A stretch of DNA of 63,631 bases, counting the filler, from Stramenopiles sp. TOSAG23-2 (Eukaryota), in NCBI GenBank assembly GCA_900128395.1. It is 20 parts of 20 records of this genome, joined end to end, with 100 filler letters (N's around TTAATTAATTAA, not from the genome) between each part and the next. Parts side by side here need not be neighbours in the genome. Positions count along the whole stretch, not along the records: positions 59,305 to 62,478 come from LT651337.1; positions 62,579 to 63,631 come from LT653889.1; 18 more parts are not named here. One strand, written 5' to 3'. The notes below the pieces were generated by a model that did not search any database, was not told where the DNA came from, and saw nothing but the letters and a program-made list of their open reading frames with translations. Position numbers and translations under genes: made by a program. Below, piece after piece: positions 59,325 to 63,631 of the stretch. Position 1 is the stretch's first letter; each line of letters starts with the position of its first letter.

Positions 59325-61044
59325 GTGTCATATATGTATGGGGATACATCAAGGCCACACGAAGTTATTGCTGGCCATGCTTTAGTTAATTTACTAAAAA
59401 ATATTATTCATGGACGTGAGTATAACACGTCAGGCCAAGCACCTACAGCCCCTAATCCTCCAAAAAGAAAATCGGGTAGACCAAAAGGGTCTACTAACAA
59501 AAGAAAGCACATGTATGTGAATGACATGGCCCAACAACCAAATAATAAACGTATTTTGACTCAATATCCTCCTCCTTTTACATCAAATACTGGAAATGTT
59601 AAAGTTATTCAAAATAAGAACAATAATACTAGACCAGTGGCTGAGATAGAAAGATCACCGCTGCAGAAGAAAATCATGAATGTAATCAATCGAGGGGGTT
59701 TTAATTGTTCTGGCGCTATTCATGTTGGAATTGCGAGAATAATTCATATGGATATGTTGAATCGAACAGTATCTCAAAACAATATGTTAATGCAAACTAT
59801 ACGACAAAATCAATTAAATATTTTAAAGCAGCAGCAGATGATCAGTCACTTTAATAATAATCGTCATAATCCAAGTGCTTTAGCAGCAGCGTTAGCAGGT
59901 CAACAGGCATTAAGAAATCAAATTCCTGGCCAAATGCCTGGACAAATGCCTGGACAAACGCCTGGACAAATGTCTGGCATCATGCTTGGCCAATTGCAAA
60001 ATCAGATCCTTAATCAAGTACCACTTAATCAACAAATTGCACTTAGGCAACAAATGATGCTGGCTCAACAAAATCAACTGGCGGCATATGGAAATCCTGA
60101 TAGTAATTTGCAACCTTCCGCAAGCATGTTAAATGACAGTGACAATAAAAAGAAGAAGAAGAATGGTGCAAATCTCCGGCAAGAAATGCAAATGCCATTA
60201 CAAGCAAATGGTAACTTTTTGAATACTGATCAACTAATGCAAATGCGACAAAATCTGGCATTATCTATGAACCCACAACAACAACTTTATTTGCAAGCCC
60301 AGCAACAGCTGCAACAACAACTCGAAGCCCAACGTCAACAACAACAGCAACAGTCATCTATAAATCAACCACAGCAAAATATCCTCAATCAAAATCTGAA
60401 CGGAAATGTAAATATGTTGCTTCAGCATATGCAACAGCAAAATGGAAGTGCAAATAATAGTTTGTTAAATGCACCGTCGCAAAAAATACAACTGAATCAA
60501 CAGCAAGAAACGACATTAGGAGCACAGTTTACAAAACCAGCAGAGCAGCAACCACAAGCTCAAACCACATTACAACAGCTGGAGCAACCGCAACAACACA
60601 TTGGTATCCCTGTAACCACATTAACAACAGCTTCGAGAACAAAATCAACAACGATTTATACCGCAGAAGGATCTTGGAAGTACCACGTTGGTACAAATAC
60701 AACAGAAACAAATGACACGTACTAAAAACATGACGAATGGCAACAAAAAAAATGGTGTTGCCACTGAAAGTGCACCACAACCAGATACTGTAAACGGTGA
60801 AAAAATAGTGCCAATATTTAACGAAAGTGATGTACCTAGGTTAAATCAATTTAATGCGTTAGGACCAGGTATGTTTTCCCTCAATTCAAATAGACCGGTC
60901 TCAACAACAATACCAATAAAGAAGGAACCAGTCGTAACGCAACGTAAAATAATCCGCGGATACACCGAGCATGATGATTCTGATTCTGAAGCAACAACAC
61001 AGGAAATTTCTGGTGAGTCGAATGGAGTGGAAGAACATGTGTAA
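59325..61044 (+). CDS. Gln/Asn-rich AT-hook protein (5'-truncated; probable 1-nt frameshift at about 60625)
   Basis: AT-hook KRKSGRPKGSTNK and poly-Q. The alternative frame QQLREQNQQ... continues into ORF 60688-61044. Confidence 0.65.
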
Positions 61045-61065
61045 AACTACGCTTCGTAAAATATT

Positions 61066-62286
61066 TTACAAATCAGCACTATTTCGGTTTATGATCTCAT
61101 TATCAAAATCCTCTCCTTCCCATATATAATCACTCATTATGAAAGGCTCTTTCTGATTCAACACAAACGACACTGTCAATGTTAAGTTTACATTGTCTAA
61201 GTTTACTGTACCATGATACCAGCCTTCAGGAAAACAAAACACATCACCATCGTTTTGTATGTGTATATATGGTTCTAAATTTAAATCAATTAATTCTTCG
61301 TAATGCTGTAACATATCAATTGGATGTAATCCTTCAATACATTTGGAATCCATTCGAGGGCATTTATGGGGGATATATTTTGGCAAATTTTTATTATTTA
61401 ATAATCCCATCCCAGTTTTATTGTATAGCATCCATAAACGTTTCCCTCCCATACTATATGCGCAAGCAGAGCCGTGTTTATGTATAAATGACCCTGTATA
61501 TATTTTACCAAGATATACAAACAATGTTGTTTGTTCATTATTTACATCAATATTTTTTAATAATGTATATTCGTTTTCATAAGTATCATTGTTTTTGCGC
61601 ATTTCACGGGCCAAATGATTATCACATTCTTCCATATCATCAAATGTTTGGCTTTCCAAATATCTGGGACTATTTTTATACAAATTATGTTTTTTTAGTT
61701 CATTATACAATAATGTACTAAAGTGGCCATATTTTTTTGGTGGATTATCGTAATTATTTACAGCAGCATGTGGTGAAATGGTTGTTAAATATGGTATTCT
61801 TTTCTCTAATGATGATTCTGGATTATTATCAATAATATTATTATCTCCTATTTGGTCATTGTTTTCATTATCGATGGCGTTTTTTTTAAGAAAATCTATT
61901 ACCGAGAGACATCCACCATTTATACCAAGGCTGTCACCGGTTGGACTACCATCGCTTTTAAGTTGATATGCGGCATTAAAGGTCTTATATTTTTGTAAAA
62001 ATGTATTAATAGTATTTATATTTTTTTTCAAAAAAGTAAAATTTTTCACCGCAAATGGTGTTGCCTGTGGATTATTAAAACTATTATTTTTCCAATAACC
62101 TTTGAAAATATTTTTTTTTACATATGGAAAGGCCTTTAATTTATATTGCGATTTATGTTCTATTAAATCGACCAAGTAATTAAAAAAATCATTTTGATTA
62201 TTTTCAATATTGTAAGAATTATTAATTTTTAAAGAACCTATTGATAATACCAATGAGCATATAACGACAACAATGAATATTTTCAT
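61066..62286 (-). CDS. Signal-peptide JmjC/cupin protein (JMJD8-like)
   Basis: GSFIHKHG...GGKRLWMLY and QNDGDVFCFPEGWYHGTVNL give an HxH...H metal site. Hydrophobic N-terminus. Confidence 0.75.
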   Translation of the reverse strand: MKIFIVVVICSLVLSIGSLKINNSYNIENNQNDFFNYLVDLIEHKSQYKLKAFPYVKKNIFKGYWKNNSFNNPQATPFAVKNFTFLKKNINTINTFLQKYKTFNAAYQLKSDGSPTGDSLGINGGCLSVIDFLKKNAIDNENNDQIGDNNIIDNNPESSLEKRIPYLTTISPHAAVNNYDNPPKKYGHFSTLLYNELKKHNLYKNSPRYLESQTFDDMEECDNHLAREMRKNNDTYENEYTLLKNIDVNNEQTTLFVYLGKIYTGSFIHKHGSACAYSMGGKRLWMLYNKTGMGLLNNKNLPKYIPHKCPRMDSKCIEGLHPIDMLQHYEELIDLNLEPYIHIQNDGDVFCFPEGWYHGTVNLDNVNLTLTVSFVLNQKEPFIMSDYIWEGEDFDNEIINRNSADL

Positions 62287-62665
62287 TTTCTTGATTATTA
62301 AATATTGAAGATATTCTAAAATATTAAAATTCTACAAGTTCCAAAGAACACGTTTTAAATACAGTTGCAAAGAAGTATATTTAATTTAAAGACATGGCAT
62401 GTAAAAGAGCACGTACACATGCGTTTGCCTGTAATGTATATAAAATCACATGTATACAATACTTTTATTTTTGAGATTNNNNNNNNNNNNNNNNNNNNNN
62501 NNNNNNNNNNNNNNNNNNNNNNTTAATTAATTAANNNNNNNNNNNNNNNNNNNNNNNNNNNNNNNNNNNNNNNNNNNNCAAATGCACATTTTAAAGCAAA
62601 ACGATTATTATAAGCGCAAGTTTTAATAATCGCGGTTTGTATATCTTTTTGTAAATTGTATATTT

Positions 62666-63631
62666 CTACAGCTCCACCCGATCAGTTTCGTTGGGATTTT
62701 TCCAAGTGGTTTCACAGGTTTTTTCATTGTAATAATACAATTTGCCATCTTCCGTGCCTCCAGTGTGAATTGCTTCCCATCCATCAGGTAATTCTTCGGT
62801 AGTAACGGCACCAGCAAAGAAATTGTTATCTGGTTTCCAATTTTCAGGTACCCAATCTGGTAATTCCCAGCTGGTGCTTACATTATCATCATGATAATAA
62901 AATTTCTGCTGATGCGCATCCTCTGTGTAACCAACATGCCATCCGGGAAGTAAGCCTTGCTCGTCCTCTTCGTCGACATCATTGTCGTCGTATTGAGCAT
63001 CCTTATCCCATCCTTCTGGTATCCAATCAGGTTTCTCCCAACTAGTTGAAACATTATCGTCGTGCCAGTAATATGTACGCCCAGTCTCTGTTTTACCATC
63101 ATGCCAACCATCAGGTAATTCGCCTTCCTGGATTTTTATTTTCGACTCCGGTGCTTTCGCAGCTGCTTGTAATGGATTCACAACATGATTCATCACGGAT
63201 TTACTTATTAATCGTTTTATCGACGATTTTCGTTTAGGAGGCATCCATGATGTCTCGCCAGTTTTTTTATTAACAAAATATGTTTTTTTGGCATCCATTC
63301 GGGCAGCGCGCCATTGACCAAATACTTCGGCAACTTCCTCTTTGCGCTTACGATACCTGTAACAAGCATATATTCCAGATACAATCACAAGAAAACCAAA
63401 CACTATGCCAAGAATTAGCCATAAAAGGTTTTCTTTGGTGATACCTTTAAGCGTATTAAATTCCGGGGGTGGCTCAGAAAATCGATCTAACGTTGTATAC
63501 GTAATTGATGATGCTTGCACATGATCATCATTTGCTAATGCATTTAAACGTTTCAGTGGGCATTTATCTGCCTCGATTTCCTTATCTAAAGTAATCATCT
63601 GTACAATTACCTCATCCTCTGTGTTATTACC
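62666..63631 (-). CDS. C-terminus of a single-pass membrane protein with cytoplasmic WW domains
   Basis: TM segment LLWLILGIVFGFLVIVSGIYAC followed by RYRKRK. Four WW domains, e.g. LPDGWHDGKTETGRTYYWHDDNVSTSWEKP. Confidence 0.82.
   Translation of the reverse strand, partial: GNNTEDEVIVQMITLDKEIEADKCPLKRLNALANDDHVQASSITYTTLDRFSEPPPEFNTLKGITKENLLWLILGIVFGFLVIVSGIYACYRYRKRKEEVAEVFGQWRAARMDAKKTYFVNKKTGETSWMPPKRKSSIKRLISKSVMNHVVNPLQAAAKAPESKIKIQEGELPDGWHDGKTETGRTYYWHDDNVSTSWEKPDWIPEGWDKDAQYDDNDVDEEDEQGLLPGWHVGYTEDAHQQKFYYHDDNVSTSWELPDWVPENWKPDNNFFAGAVTTEELPDGWEAIHTGGTEDGKLYYYNEKTCETTWKNPNETDRVEL

Noticed and set aside
3219-62578. Regularly spaced TTAATTAATTAA repeats resembling an array
   Set aside because: They are artificial linkers embedded in N runs, not CRISPR or any biological repeat.
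1-63631. Treating the lysozyme, TIR genes, methyltransferases and recombinase-like ORF as one defence island or operon
   Set aside because: They lie on different contigs ordered only by length, so no physical linkage can be inferred.

Overview
This window is not one locus. It is a concatenation of 20 unlinked contigs (19 of about 3.2 kb in decreasing length order, the last cut by the window end), joined by artificial 100-nt spacers (44 N + TTAATTAATTAA + 44 N). Adjacency across a spacer therefore means nothing. The DNA is from an AT-rich, intron-poor eukaryote: it carries RAD23, delta-tubulin, DED1/DDX3, poly-Asn tracts and one clear GT-AG intron. It is most plausibly a flagellated, bacterivorous protist such as a stramenopile (inference). 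Inverted and tandem duplications suggest a single-cell (MDA) assembly. The strongest finding is an NLR-like protein (36734-39532) with a TIR domain retaining the catalytic Glu, a Schlafen/UvrD-type superfamily-1 helicase in place of the usual STAND ATPase, and C-terminal LRRs. A paralogue (13742-16452) shares a near-identical helicase module but has a different TIR and N-terminus. Other notable items: a selenocysteine MsrA (GUFWG, TGA at 40749-40751) with a well-formed type-II SECIS, missed by the ORF track; a secreted T4-type lysozyme; a BtaA-BtaB betaine-lipid synthase; an F-type-lectin mosaic surface protein, also missed by the track; an ATXR3/SDG2-like protein with HMG, CW and Tudor domains; a nested foldback element; a possible divergent tyrosine recombinase; and a recurrent TACCWGGTA upstream motif. 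All family calls are by-eye motif recognition, with no database searches run.
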